From contig OZ024742.1 in assembly GCA_964016885.1 (NCBI GenBank), forward strand, positions 100,998,001 to 101,062,000: a DNA stretch of 64,000 bases, in the 5' to 3' direction. The notes beneath the pieces were generated by a model. The model saw only the letters and a program-made list of their open reading frames with translations. It was not told the origin of the DNA and did no database searches. A program made the position numbers and the translations under genes. Positions 10,620 through 23,900 of this stretch are shown here, one piece after another. Each line of letters begins with the position of its first letter. The stretch's first letter is position 1. This stretch comes from Eledone cirrhosa (Eukaryota).

Positions 10620-11330
10620 CAAAGTAAGAAAGGAAGAAGGGGAGAGCGTGACAGACTCTACGCCAAAATCAGAGCGGTGTTTTGGCTGCACCCCGCAGAC
10701 AAAATTGCAAAGGCATTACCACAAACAATGGCTAGCGACACCTGCTGCAACAGCCACATTGGCTAGCAACACCCGAGGGGGCTCCTTCCTCAGATGGGCT
10801 GCTGTCATTCCAGTTTTACAGAGGAGGTTAGCTATACAGGGTCCAAGGATGCCTGAAGTCTCAACAGCAACTGGTGCAAAGAGGAAGCAGTCGGACACAC
10901 CCCGGTGGTTACTTATCTTCCTGTCCTCTGCATTACAGGCCATGATACTTGTGGCTGAAGTGACTAGGTTGGAGGTGGAGAATGTGTCGCAGCATGTTGC
11001 ATCCCAGATAAGGAATTTACCTCCCTCAAATGGAAAAAGGATAATTTTATTAGGGCACTTTACGTCTCCATGGTTGAGGGCTGCTGGCTCAAGTTGTCAC
11101 AAAAAGTTGGCTGTATCTATGCACTGTCTCATTATGTCATTAAGAGCAACATGTCAAGGGAACCAGCCTGTGCTCTAGTGGCATGATAGTGAGGGCAGGC
11201 TGAACTTGTTGATGTCAGCACCACAACGGCATTTGTGTGGCTCACACATGCAACGATCAAGGCGTTCGGCCACAATGATGTGAGTATACTCATCATCAAG
11301 AAGGGTACCAGTTGATGAGGAAGGTAAATC
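10620..11330 (-). mobile_element. Decayed C-terminus of a restriction-like-endonuclease (RLE) LINE, CRE-like clade: Cys/His knuckle plus PD-(D/E)xK domain
   Basis: Minus-strand translation LPSSSTGTLLDD...CEPHKCRCGADIN...SCH*...HVALNDIMRQC...LEP..L..GD.KCP....PFEGGKFLIWDATCCDTFSTSNL...AEDRKIS...FAPVAVETSGILGP, with in-frame stops. Confidence 0.8.
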
Positions 11331-11864
11331 TAGGATTACATTATTCAGTGTCCCTTTAAGATGATATATTGAGATTTGGATGTTATTTCTAAATTATTAG
11401 GTGATTATTAAGCAGCAAAGACCAGTAGCAAGTAACTAAAAGAGAGGCTAGATGACAGGTATACATAATGCAAAAAGAGGCTGAAAGAAGGAGGTTTGCC
11501 AATATCTTGTGATATGAACATCAGGTGTTTCACATCACAAGGGGTTGACATTCAGCTAGCACTCCACATCTGAAGCATGATGAAATTTGAGTTTCGCAGT
11601 TTTGCTGTGATGAGAGAAAGAGTGGCATCACATCAAGCAATATTAGCCCAGTAGCTGAGAATCCTCGGTGAAAGAGTGGATCACTTGGGTCTGCTAAGGC
11701 CTTGGTTATCAACCCCTATGTGTGATGCTCTCTACTAAGGGGTGCATGAGCAATGACTGAAAGCACAAGTAGATATTCAGTTGGTGTAGGATGGAGACAT
11801 CCTCATGATAAGCTCTGGAAATTGATCGCTGATTACATGAATGACAGCAACTTAAGACAGCAGC

Positions 11865-11926
11865 AAATGAATAGTATTCTTATCTATTGTTCTGGATAAA
11901 TGAATAGTATTCTTATCTATTGTTCT
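11865..11926. repeat. 29-bp direct duplication (period 33)
   Basis: aaatgaatagtattcttatctattgttct occurs twice, separated by ggat. Confidence 0.9.
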
Positions 11927-12054
11927 TTAAGAACACGAAGTCACTAGGTGTAAAAGAGTGGCTTGTTAGAGCAGTCCAAGCCATGTACAGAGGTGTTATC
12001 ATAAAGTAAGAGTATGAAATGAGTGTAACAAGGAATTCAAAGTGCAGGTAGATG

Positions 12055-12710
12055 TATAGCAATTATTTGGATGGTTGTGTGGGTAATTGATTGCATTGTG
12101 GTGTTGATTCGTTTGTTGCGTGCTTGTTCACTTGTAGCTTCAGTGTCATGTGGTCACACTGTTGTGTGATAGTGTGACCAGAGATTGCATGTGTGCAGGT
12201 ATGTGAGTGTTCAATAAGATGATGATGATATGATAGTTCATTGATCACACAGAAAATGAATATATATAAATGAACCACGATGACACCAAACCACTATATT
12301 ATTAACTTATTGAAAATAACTCACGCCGAAGCTATACAAAAAATACACATGTAAGTTGTTTGTTTGTAAACATAGAATTAAATTGTATTTCCCTAGAAAA
12401 CTTCATGAACTTCACTGGCTTGGTTAAGAAAGAGACCAAGAGATAGAGAATGAGTGAAAGAGAGAGTAAGAGTCTGTAGGAAGCAATAGTTCGCATGTTT
12501 ACTTTATCAAGAACCGCTTCGAACTGCTGCTGGCTTGATCTAAGGCAGGCTATTTATCCATGTCGCTTCCTCTGTCTCAAGACTTGAGAACAAAGGGCTA
12601 ACCTTTAGAGGTCGTCCACTCTCAGACTGGTTGATGCCCGAAAGGAGATAACCCAAAAAGTGACCATTAAATGACACTCAGGGGTCAAGGTGTAGACAGA
12701 TTTCGCTACA
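12055..12710. mobile_element. Probable solo LTR (656 bp) inserted in the RTE, with a 4-bp TSD GATG
   Basis: Ends TATAGC(=TGTAGC with one change)...GCTACA. GATG at 12051-12054 and 12711-12714. Removing it restores the RTE frame QVDEHQG. Confidence 0.65.
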
Positions 12711-13384
12711 GATGAGCATCAAGGTTTAATCTTCATCCCATTTCTGTTTATCCTAGTCCTCCAGGCCATAACAGAGGAGTTTAAGACTGGTTTCCCAAGG
12801 GAACTTCTGTATGCTGAAGATCTGGTCCTCACATCTGAATCTGTGAAAAAACTAGAGAATAAATTCTGGTTATTAAAACAGAAGTTAGAATTAAAAGGGC
12901 TGAGGGTAAACTTAGCAAAAAATAAAGTGCTTATATGTAGGAAAGAAGATAAGGCTCTGATCCCATCAAAGAAGTGGCATTGATCGATATATACAAAAGG
13001 TGCACACATAAACTCTATACAATGCAAATCTTGGATACACAAAAAGCATAGTGGGATAGCAGGCAGACTAATAGGAAAGAAATACTTTGTATGTAGTAGA
13101 TGTTCAGGGACAATTGATTATAAGAGTGCCAGTGATATAAACCTTTTTCCAATTCCAGGAAGAAGGATCCAGAGAAGTGGTTGATAGCTTCTGCTACCTA
13201 AACAATCTAATTAGCAGTGGAGAAGGGTTATGCTGGCAACAACAAACTGGGGCATTGGCAGGAAACCGTTACTTGCTGTGTAGTTAGTTGATTTGGTGAT
13301 ATCTATCTGTCTTTCACATACAGTCTTTCTATCATTGTATCTCTCAACATTTCATATGGGGAAAATAGTTTCAGTTTATGAACA

Positions 13385-13455
13385 TCCAAGGGCGGTGCCC
13401 CAGCATGGCCTCAGCCGGATGGCTGGAACAGCTAAAGGAGTAAAAGAGTAAAATT
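13385..13455 (+). mobile_element. SINE 3' end fragment
   Basis: gggcggtgccccagcatggcctcagccggatggctggaacagctaaaggagtaaaagag resembles a common octopus-type SINE tail (recognised from memory, not searched). Confidence 0.5.
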
Positions 13456-13531
13456 TCAGGTGACGAACAACCTTCAGAAACGAAAAAAGTTTGTGAACCA
13501 AGGTTCCACTGTGAATATATATATATATATA

Positions 13532-13693
13532 TTTCAACAGCTATTACTGGACTGGATCCAGAAATAGCCATCGAAACGGCTTGAGCTCTGCCGTCGAGTT
13601 AAACATTTTTCTATTACCCACTCTACTACCCTAAGTATTGAGTACTCTGGTGTGTTATGGTCCATCTGGTTCCTTACCACACTTCCTTCATTA
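13532..13693. repeat. Unclassified hairpin-bearing interspersed repeat in (TA)n, copy 1 (inverted relative to 15253-15450)
   Basis: Reverse complement of 15253-15414 with scattered substitutions. Flanked by (TA)n on both sides. Confidence 0.85.
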
Positions 13694-13733
13694 TATATAT
13701 ATATATATAACCTTTGGGGTCATGACTCTTTTC

Positions 13734-13734
<1 letters not shown>

Positions 13735-13831
<97 letters not shown>

Positions 13832-13838
13832 GGGAGAG
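13735..13838. repeat. (TA)n(GA)n(G)n compound microsatellite
   Basis: Direct read. Confidence 0.95.
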
Positions 13839-13952
13839 ATTACACAAGTATCAAAACTTATGTTTGATACATTTAATCGCTGACAATTAAGGTAGTAATA
13901 AATTACTGACCTTCCCTGTTTATAGTTGTTTATAGAATAGTAAATACATAAC

Positions 13953-14968
13953 TCATCATCATCATCATCATCATCGTTTAACGTCCATGTTCCACGCTTG
14001 CATGGGTTTGGACGGGAGTTTTCCCACTTGAGGCAAGAGTGGTTGTCTTGCTCGCATAGGACTGTCTGGCGGGTTTTCTACGGCTGGATGTCCTTCCTAA
14101 CACCAACCACATTTACAATGTGGGGCTGGGAGGTTTTTACCGTGTAACCTACACGGCCACATTACAGCGTGGACTGTGTGTTTTTTTTTTTTTGTCGTGA
14201 CACCTACACGACCTCATTTGTTTCGGCCTGGATGTTGTGGTACCAACATAACTTTACATTGAAAGGGGCGATGTGGATGGGGTGGGGGTAGTGGGACGGG
14301 GGTGTATTTTGTTAGAGGTGCCTACTGACTGTAGTAGGTTTTACTTTGTATTTAGGTAGGCGGGTCTTCTCTATTACTGTGTACAGCCAAAGATCTCGGT
14401 CCAGTGACATTGTCTTGGAGAGGTGTAAGTGTGTGAGGTCGGAATTTATTAAGTCATCCCATGTTTTTCTGGGTCTGCCTACTCCGTGGTTACCATCTAT
14501 TTTTATTGCCCTGCACTTTTTTATACAGCTGTCATCTTTCATGCGCATCACATGACCATACCAACGTAGTCTTCTCTCGAGTAAACAACATCTGATCCCT
14601 CTTATTCCTAATTTCTCACTTAGTTCATTTATGCTTTGCCGTTCACGTATATTACGATTAAACATCCAGCGGAGCATGCAAGCTTCGTTCCTCTCTAATC
14701 TGCATATATCCTCTGCACACAATGCCCAGGTCTCACTGCCATGCAACATTGCTGTTCGTATACAGGCATCATACAGCTTGCCTTTCATTTTTAGGGAGAA
14801 CACTTTAGCGGCTAATAGTGGTATAAGCTCTCTGAACTTTTTCCATCCAGTTCTGACTCTAGCTACTGTACTTTCAGAGCACCCTCCCCCACTGCTGATT
14901 TTGTCACCCAGGTAACGGAAGCTGTCCACTATTTCTATAGCACCCTCTGTGCAATTGAAAGAGCTACT
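13953..14968 (-). mobile_element. 5'-truncated RTE LINE: ORF C-terminus still open, 3' UTR and (GAT)n tail
   Basis: EIVDSFRYLGDKISSGGGC...RVRTGWKKFREL...KGKLYDACIRTAMLHGSETW...RRLRWYGHVMRM...GRPRKTW, stop at 14312. Tail (CAT)n at 13953-13975 on the plus strand. Confidence 0.93.
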
Positions 14969-14981
14969 ATAAATAGTATCT

Positions 14982-15025
<44 letters not shown>

Positions 15026-15109
15026 TAGTCGATCGACTTTCGTCAAATCGGACCGAGGAAACTATGTTTCCGTTGGTCTTTCCAATTGCTAATACTATCT
15101 ATCGGTCGC

Positions 15110-15244
15110 AACTCCAGGTAGAAGGAGCAACGTGAAATAAAGTGTCTTGCTCAAGGACATAACGCATCGCCTGGTTCAGGAATCGAACTCACAACCTCAC
15201 GATTGTGAATCCAATACTCTAACCACTCAGCCACACGCCTTCAC
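15110..15244 (-). mobile_element. tRNA-derived SINE with a CORE-like domain
   Basis: Minus strand gtgaaggcgtgTGGCTGAGTGGttagag...gtGAGTTCGATTCc...gtCCTTGAGCAAGACACTTtatttc: A box, B box and CORE-like motif. Confidence 0.85.
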
Positions 15245-15252
15245 TATATATA

Positions 15253-15450
15253 TAACGAAGGAGGTGTGGTAAGGAACCAGATGGACCATAACGCACCGGA
15301 GTACTCAATACTTAGGGTACTAGAGTGGGTAATAGGAAAATATTTGACCCCGACGGCAGAACTTAAGCCGTTTCGATGGCTATTTCTGGACTAGTCCAGA
15401 AATAGCTGTCGAAACGGCTTGAGCTCTGCCGCCGGGTCAAATATTTTCCT
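15253..15450. repeat. Unclassified interspersed repeat, copy 2, ending in a 117-bp imperfect palindrome (15334-15450)
   Basis: aggaaaatatttgacccc...tttctggact|agtccagaaa...gggtcaaatattttcct, with about 6 differences between the arms. Confidence 0.85.
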
Positions 15451-15549
15451 TTATATATATATCTATATACATACATATATACACAGACACATGTAAATAT
15501 ATATATAGAGAGAGAGAGAAAATTTACGAAATGGAAATGCGGGTATATA

Positions 15550-15597
<48 letters not shown>

Positions 15598-15812
15598 GTT
15601 AAAAATGTACATCCACATATGTATACTGAAATACTAGTATGCATATGAATACACACACGTATACATATGTAGATGTACCGAGTTTTTCACTGGTCACTTT
15701 ACTGTGAGTGTCCAGCTATTCTGTATGTAAACACACAGACAAACCGGTTTTTAGAGTCATACTGGTTTTTGAGGAAACACCTTTCCTCTATTCTCCAGAA
15801 AGCCAGACAAGG

Positions 15813-15857
15813 AATATTGAACTAGTTTCGATGTTGTTACATCTCATCAGCAATATT
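15813..15857 (-). ncRNA. Minimal type I hammerhead ribozyme, copy 1
   Basis: Reverse complement reads AATATTG-CTGATGA-GATGT(AACA)ACATC-GAAA-CTAG-TT-CAATATT. Confidence 0.88.
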
Positions 15858-16278
15858 TACCTATCTTCCGGCCTCTCTAGAGAATCGTAAAAGCACATAT
15901 CGTTATATGCTTTTTCTATGAAAATTAGTAGTGGGCAGACTAATTTGCATAGAGCGTGAGTACGTACCGGTTCAACGGAGACGATAAAAACAAATAACGA
16001 AACGAAATTAAATTTCGTTTCGTTTGTAACTCACTTTTGTATGACTGACGCTTAAACAATTAAGTTAAAAATGTACATCCACATATGTATACTGAAATAC
16101 TAGTATGCATATGAATACACACACGTATACATATGTAGATGTACCGAGTTTTTCACTGGTCACTTTACTGTGAGTGTCCAGCTATTCTGTATGTAAACAC
16201 ACAGACAAACCGGTTTTTAGAGTCATACTGGTTTTTGAGGAAACACCTTTCCTCTATTCTGCAGAAAGCCAGACAAGG

Positions 16279-16323
16279 AATATTGAACTAGTTTCGATGT
16301 TGTTACATCTCATCAGCAATATT
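16279..16323 (-). ncRNA. Minimal type I hammerhead ribozyme, copy 2
   Basis: Identical to copy 1, 466 bp away. Confidence 0.88.
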
Positions 16324-16927
16324 TACCTATCTTCCGGCCTCTCTAGAGAATCGTAAAAGCACATATCGTTATATGCTTTTTCTATGAAAATTAGTAGTGG
16401 GCAGACTAATTTGCATAGAGCGTGAGTACGTACCGGTTCAACGGAGACGATAAAAACAAATAACGAAACGAAATTAAATTTCGTTTCGTTTGTAACTCAC
16501 TTTTGTATGACTGACGCTTTCTGGAGAATAGAGGAAAGGTGTTTCCTCAAAAACCAGTATGACTCTAAAAACCGGTTTGTCTGTGTGTTTACATACAGAA
16601 TAGCTGGACACTCACAGTAAAGTGACCAGTGAAAAACTTGGTACATCTACATATGTATACGTGTGTGTATTCATATGCATACTAGTATTTCAGTATACAT
16701 ATGTGGATGTACATTTTTAACTTAATTGTTTAAGCGTCAGTCATACAAAAGTGAGTTACAAACGAAACGAAATTTAATTTCGTTTCGTTATTTGTTTTTA
16801 TCGTCTCCGTTGAACCGGTACGTACTCACGCTCTATGCAAATTAGTCTGCCCACTACTAATTTTCATAGAAAAAGCATATAACGATATGTGCTTTTACGA
16901 TTCTCTAGAGAGGCCGGAAGATAGGTA

Positions 16928-16972
16928 AATATTGCTGATGAGATGTAACAACATCGAAACTAGTTCAATATT
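16928..16972 (+). ncRNA. Minimal type I hammerhead ribozyme, copy 3; predicted cleavage after GUU (16965)
   Basis: Stem I AATATTG/CAATATT; core CTGATGA 16935-16941; stem II GATGT/ACATC with loop AACA; GAAA 16956-16959; palindromic stem III ACTAGT; NUH = GUU. Confidence 0.9.
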
Positions 16973-17260
16973 CCTTGTCTGGCTTTCTGGAGAATAGAGG
17001 AAAGGTGTTTCCTCAAAAACCAGTATGACTCTAAAAACCGGTTTGTCTGTGTGTTTACATACAGAATAGCTGGACACTCACAGTAAAGTGACCAGTGAAA
17101 AACTCGGTACATCTACATATGTATACGTGTGTGTATTCATATGCATACTAGTATTTCAGTATACATATGTGGATGTACATTTTTAACTTAATTGTTTAAG
17201 CGTCAGTCATACAAAAGTGAGTTACAAACGAAACGAAATTTAATTTCGTTTCGTTATTTG

Positions 17261-17688
<428 letters not shown>

Positions 17689-17697
17689 TAATATAAG

Positions 17698-17812
<115 letters not shown>

Positions 17813-17972
17813 AAATAGTGTGTAGGGGGAAAATGGAATATACAGAGTGACTGACTTTCTTTTCAGAGGAAAAGTGTCAATACTATCCAAAATATTGAAC
17901 AGTTTAGCCTTGAATATTTTACATTGATGTTATGACGTCAATGTAGTTTAGTAGAAGCTAATTAAGTAATAA

Positions 17973-20900
17973 GTCATACACGGCACACCACAACTACTAC
18001 TGTGCCATATACACCACCACAACTACTACTATGTCATATACAGCACACCACAACTGCTACTGTGTCATATACCCCACACCACAACTGCTACTGTGTCATA
18101 CACATCACCACACCACAACTGCTACTGTGTCATATACAGCACACCACAACTACTACTGTGTCATATACCCCACACCACAACTACTACTGTGTCATATACA
18201 CCACACCACAACTACTACTGTGCCATATACACCACCACACCACAACTACTACTGTGCCATATACACCACCACAACTACTACTATGTCATATACAGCACAC
18301 CTCAACTGCTACTGTGTCATACACATCACACCACAACTACTACTATGTCATATACACCACACCACAACTGCTACTGTGTCATATACACCACACCACAACT
18401 ACTACTGTGTCATATACACCACCACACCACAACTACTACTGTGTCATATACACCACACCACAACTACTACTGTGCCATATACACCACCACACCACAACTA
18501 CTACTGTGCCATATACACCACCACAACTACTACTATGTCATATACAGCACACCTCAACTGCTACTGTGTCATACACATCACACCACAACTACTACTATGT
18601 CATATACAGCACACCACAACTACTACTGTGTCATATACACCACCACAACTACTACTATGTCATATACAGCACACCACAACTACTACTGTGTCATATACAC
18701 CACACCACAACTACTACTATGTCATACACATCACACCACAACTACTACTATGTCATATACACTACCACAACTACTACTGTGTCATACACAGCACACCACA
18801 ACTACTACTGTGTCATATACACCACCACAACTACTACTATGTCATATACAGCACACCACAACTACTACTGTGTCATATACACCACACCACAACTACTACT
18901 ATGTCATACACATCACACCACAACTACTACTATGTCATATACACTACCACAACTACTACTGTGTCATACACAGCACACCACAACTACTACTATGTCATAT
19001 ACACCACCACAACTACTACTGTGTCATACACAGCACACCACAACTACTACTGTGTCATATACACCACCACAACTACTACTATGTCATATACAGCACACCA
19101 CAACTACTACTGTGTCATATACACCACACCACAACTACTACTGTGTCATACACAGCACACCACAACTACTACTGTGTCATATACACCACACCACAACTAC
19201 TACTGTGTCATACACAGCACACCACAACTACTACTGTGTCATATACACCACACCACAACCACTACTATGTCATATACACCACCACAACTACTACTATGTC
19301 ATATACAGCACACCACAACTACTACTATGTCATACACATCACACCACAACTACTACTATGTCATATACACTACCACAACTACTACTGTGTCATATACACT
19401 ACCACAACTACTACTGTGTCATACACAGCACACCACAACTGCTACTGTGTCATATACATCACACCACAACTACTACTGTGTCATATACACCACACCACAA
19501 CTACTACTGTGTCATATACACCACCACACCACAACTACTACTGTGTCATATACACCACCACAGTACAACTACTACTGTGTCATATACACCACACCACAAC
19601 TACTACTGTGTCATACATACCACCACACCACAACTACTACTGTGTCATATACAGCACACCACAACTACTACTGTGTCATATACACCACCACACCACAACT
19701 ACTACTGTGTCATACACACCACCACACTTCAACGACTACTGTGTCATATACACCACCACAACTACTACTGTGTCATATACACCACACCACAACTACTACC
19801 GTGTCATATACACCACACCACAACTACTACTGTGTCATATACACCACACCACAACTACTACTGTGTCATAAACACCACCACACCACAACTACTACTGTGT
19901 CATAAACACCACCACACCACAACTACTACTGTGTCATATACACCACCACACCACAACTACTACTGTGTCATATACACCACCACAACTACTACTGTGTCAT
20001 ATACACCACCACAACTACTACTGTGTCATATACACCACCACACCACAACTACTACTGTGTCATATACACCACACCACAACTACTACTGTGTCATACACAC
20101 CACCACAACTACTACTGTGTCATATACACCACCACACCACAACTACTACTATGTCATATACACCACCACACCACACCTACTACTGTGTCATATACACCAC
20201 ACCACAACTACTACCGTGTCATATACACCACACCACAACCACTACTGGGTTATATACACTACCACAACTACTACTGTGTCATAAACACCACCACACCACA
20301 ACTACTACTATGTCATATACACCACACCACAACCACTACTGGGTTATATACACTACCACAACTACTACTGTGTCATATACACCACCACACCACAACTACT
20401 ACCGTGTCATATACACCACACCACAACCACTACTGGGTTATATACACTACCACAACTACTACTGTGTCATAAACACCACCACACCACAACTACTACTATG
20501 TCATATACACCACACCACAACCACTACTGGGTCATATACACCACACCACAACTACTACTGTGTCATATACACCACACCACAACTACTACTATGTCATATA
20601 CACCACACCACCACACCACAACTACTACTGTGTCATATACACCACCACACCACAACTACTACTATGTCATATACACCACACCACAACCACTACTGGGTCA
20701 TATACACCACACCACAACTACTACTGTGTCATATACACCACACCACAACTACTACTATGTCATATATACCACACTACAACTACTACTGTGTCATATACAC
20801 CACCACACCACAACTACTACTGTGTCATATACACCACACCACAACTACTACTGTGTCATATACACCACACCACAACTACTACTGTGTCATATACACCACC

Positions 20901-23900
20901 ACAACTATTACTATGTCATATACACCACCAACCACAACTACTACTATGTCATATACACCACCACACCACAACTACTACTGTGTCATATACACCACACCAC
21001 AACTACTACTGTGTCATATACACCACACCACAACTACTACTGTGTCATATACACCACCACAACTATTACTATGTCATATACACCACCAACCACAACTACT
21101 ACTATGTCATATACACCACCACACCACAACTACTGCTGTGTTATATACACCACACCACAACTACTACTGTGTCATATACCCCACACCACAACTACTGCTG
21201 TGTTATATACACCACACCACAACTACTACTGTGTCATATACACCACCACAACTACTACTGTGTCATATACACCACACCACAACTACTACTGTGTCATATA
21301 CACCACACCACAACTACTACTGTGTCATATACACCACCACAACTACTACTGTGTCATATACACCACCACAACTACTACTGTGTCATATACACCACAACTA
21401 CTACTGTGTCATATACACCAACACAACTACTACTATGTCATATACACCACACCACAACTACTACTGTGTCATATACACCACAACTACTACTGTGTCATAT
21501 ACACCACCACAACTACTACACTGTCATATACACCACCACACCACAACTACTACAATGTCATATACACCACCACACCACAACTACTACTATGTCATATACA
21601 CCACACCACAACTACTACTGTGACACATACACCACCACACCACAACTACTACTATGTCATATACACCACCCCACAACTACTACTATGTCATATACACCAC
21701 ACCACAACTACTACTGTGACACATACACCACCACACCACAACTACTACTGTGTCATATACACCACCACAACTACTACTGTGTCATATACACCACACCACA
21801 ACTACTACTATGTCATATACACCACCCCACAAATACTACTGTGTCATATACACCACCACACCACAACTACTACTATGTCATATACACCACCCCACAACTA
21901 CTACTGTGTCATATACACCACACCACAACTACTACTGTGTCATAGACACCACACCACAACTACTACTGTGTCATATACAGCACACCTCAACTACTACTGT
22001 GTCATATACACCACACCACAACTACAACTGTGTCATATACACCACCACAACTACTACTTTGTCATATACACCACCACACCACAACTACTACTATGTCATA
22101 AACACCACCACACCACAACTACTACTGTGTCATATACACCACACCACAACCACTACTGGGTCATATACACCACACCACAACTACTACTGTGTCATATACA
22201 CCACCACAACTACTACTTTGTCATATACACCACCACACCACAACTACTACTATGTCATAAACACCACCACACCACAACTACTACTGTGTCATATACACCA
22301 CACCACAACCACTACTGGGTCATATACACCACACCACAACCACTACTGGGTCATATACACCACACCACAACTACTACTGTGTCATATACACCACCACACC
22401 ACAACTACTACTGTGACATAGACACCACACCACAACTAGTACTATGTCATATACACCACACCACAACTGCTACTATGTCATACACACCACCACACCACAA
22501 CTACTACTGTGTCATATACACCACCATACCACAACTACTACTGTGTCATATACACCACCACACCACAACTACTACTGTGACATAGACACCACACCACAAC
22601 TAGTACTATGTCATATACACCACACCACAACTGCTACTATGTCATACACACCACCACACCACAACTACTACTGTGTCATATACACCACCACACCACAACC
22701 ACTACTGTGTCATATACACCACCAGACCACACCACAACTACTACTATGTCAGATACACCACACTACAACTACTACTGTGTCATATACACCACAACTACTA
22801 CTGTGTCATATACACCACCACAACTACTACTATGTCATACACACAACACCAGAACTGCTACTCTGTCATATACACCACACCACAACTACTACTATGTCAT
22901 ATACACTACACCACAACTACTACTGTGTCATATACACACCACCACAACTACTACTTTGTCATTTACATCACCACAACTACTACTATGTCATAAACACCAC
23001 CACACCACAACTACTACTATGTCATATACACCACACCACAACCACTACTGGGTCATATACACCACACCACAACTACTACTGTGACATAGACACCACACCA
23101 CAACTAGTACTATGTCATATACACCACCACAACTACTACTGTGTCATATACACCACCACACCACAAGTTCTACTATGTCATATACACCACATCACACCAC
23201 AACTACTACTGTGTCATATACACCACCACACCACAACCACTACTGTGTCATATACACCACAACTACTACTGTGTCATATACACCACCACACCACAACCAC
23301 TACTGTGTCATATACACCACAACTACTACTGTGTCATATACACCACACCACAACTACTACTCTGTCATATACACCACAACTCTACAAATACTACTGTGTC
23401 ATATACACACCACACCACAACTGCTACTATGTCATACACACCACCACACCACAACTACTACTGTGTCATATACACCACCACAACTACTGCTGTGTTATAT
23501 ACACCACAACTACTACTTTGTCATATACACCACACCACAGCTACTACTGTGTTATATACACCACCACAACTACTACTTTGTCATACACACCACCACACCA
23601 CAACTACTACTGTGTCATAGACACCACACCACAACTACTACTGTGTCATATACAGCACACCTCAACTACTACTGTGTCATATACACCACACCACAACTAC
23701 TACTGTGTCATATACACCACCACAACTACTACTATGTCATAAACACCACCACACCACAACTACTACTATGTCATATACACCACCACACCACAACTACTAC
23801 TATGTCATAAACACCACCACACCACAACTACTACTATGTCATATACACCACACCACAACCACTACTGGGTCATATACACCACACCACAACTACTACTGTG

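Larger units (their letters stand above)
11420..13230 (+). mobile_element. Fragmented RTE-clade LINE ORF (pseudogene), interrupted by insertions
   Basis: KREAR*QVYI..EAERRRFANIL (about 11430-11520); LGVKEWLVRAVQAMY...EFKVQV (11935-12054); HQG..IPFLFILVLQAITEEFKTGFPRELLYAEDLVL...LELKGLRVNLAKNKVL...EVVDSFCYL (12711-13230). Confidence 0.85.

Noticed and set aside
10612-11178. 188-aa plus-strand ORF
   Set aside because: It is the antisense shadow of the CRE-like LINE fragment.
13468-13513. Tc1/pogo-like TIR fragment (CAGTGGAACCTTGG on the minus strand next to TA)
   Set aside because: No partner TIR was found in the window, and it is too short to support.
15165-15244. Possible tRNA gene
   Set aside because: A and B boxes are present but the cloverleaf is poor and the sequence continues into a CORE-like SINE body.
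15334-15450. Hammerhead ribozyme in the long palindrome (contains CGAAAC and ACTAGT)
   Set aside because: No CUGANGA core on either strand.
15708-17077. Three copies of a 60-aa ORF (MSSYSVCKH...)
   Set aside because: They start at GTG, lie antisense to the hammerhead, have no domain, and simply reflect the 466-bp repeat.
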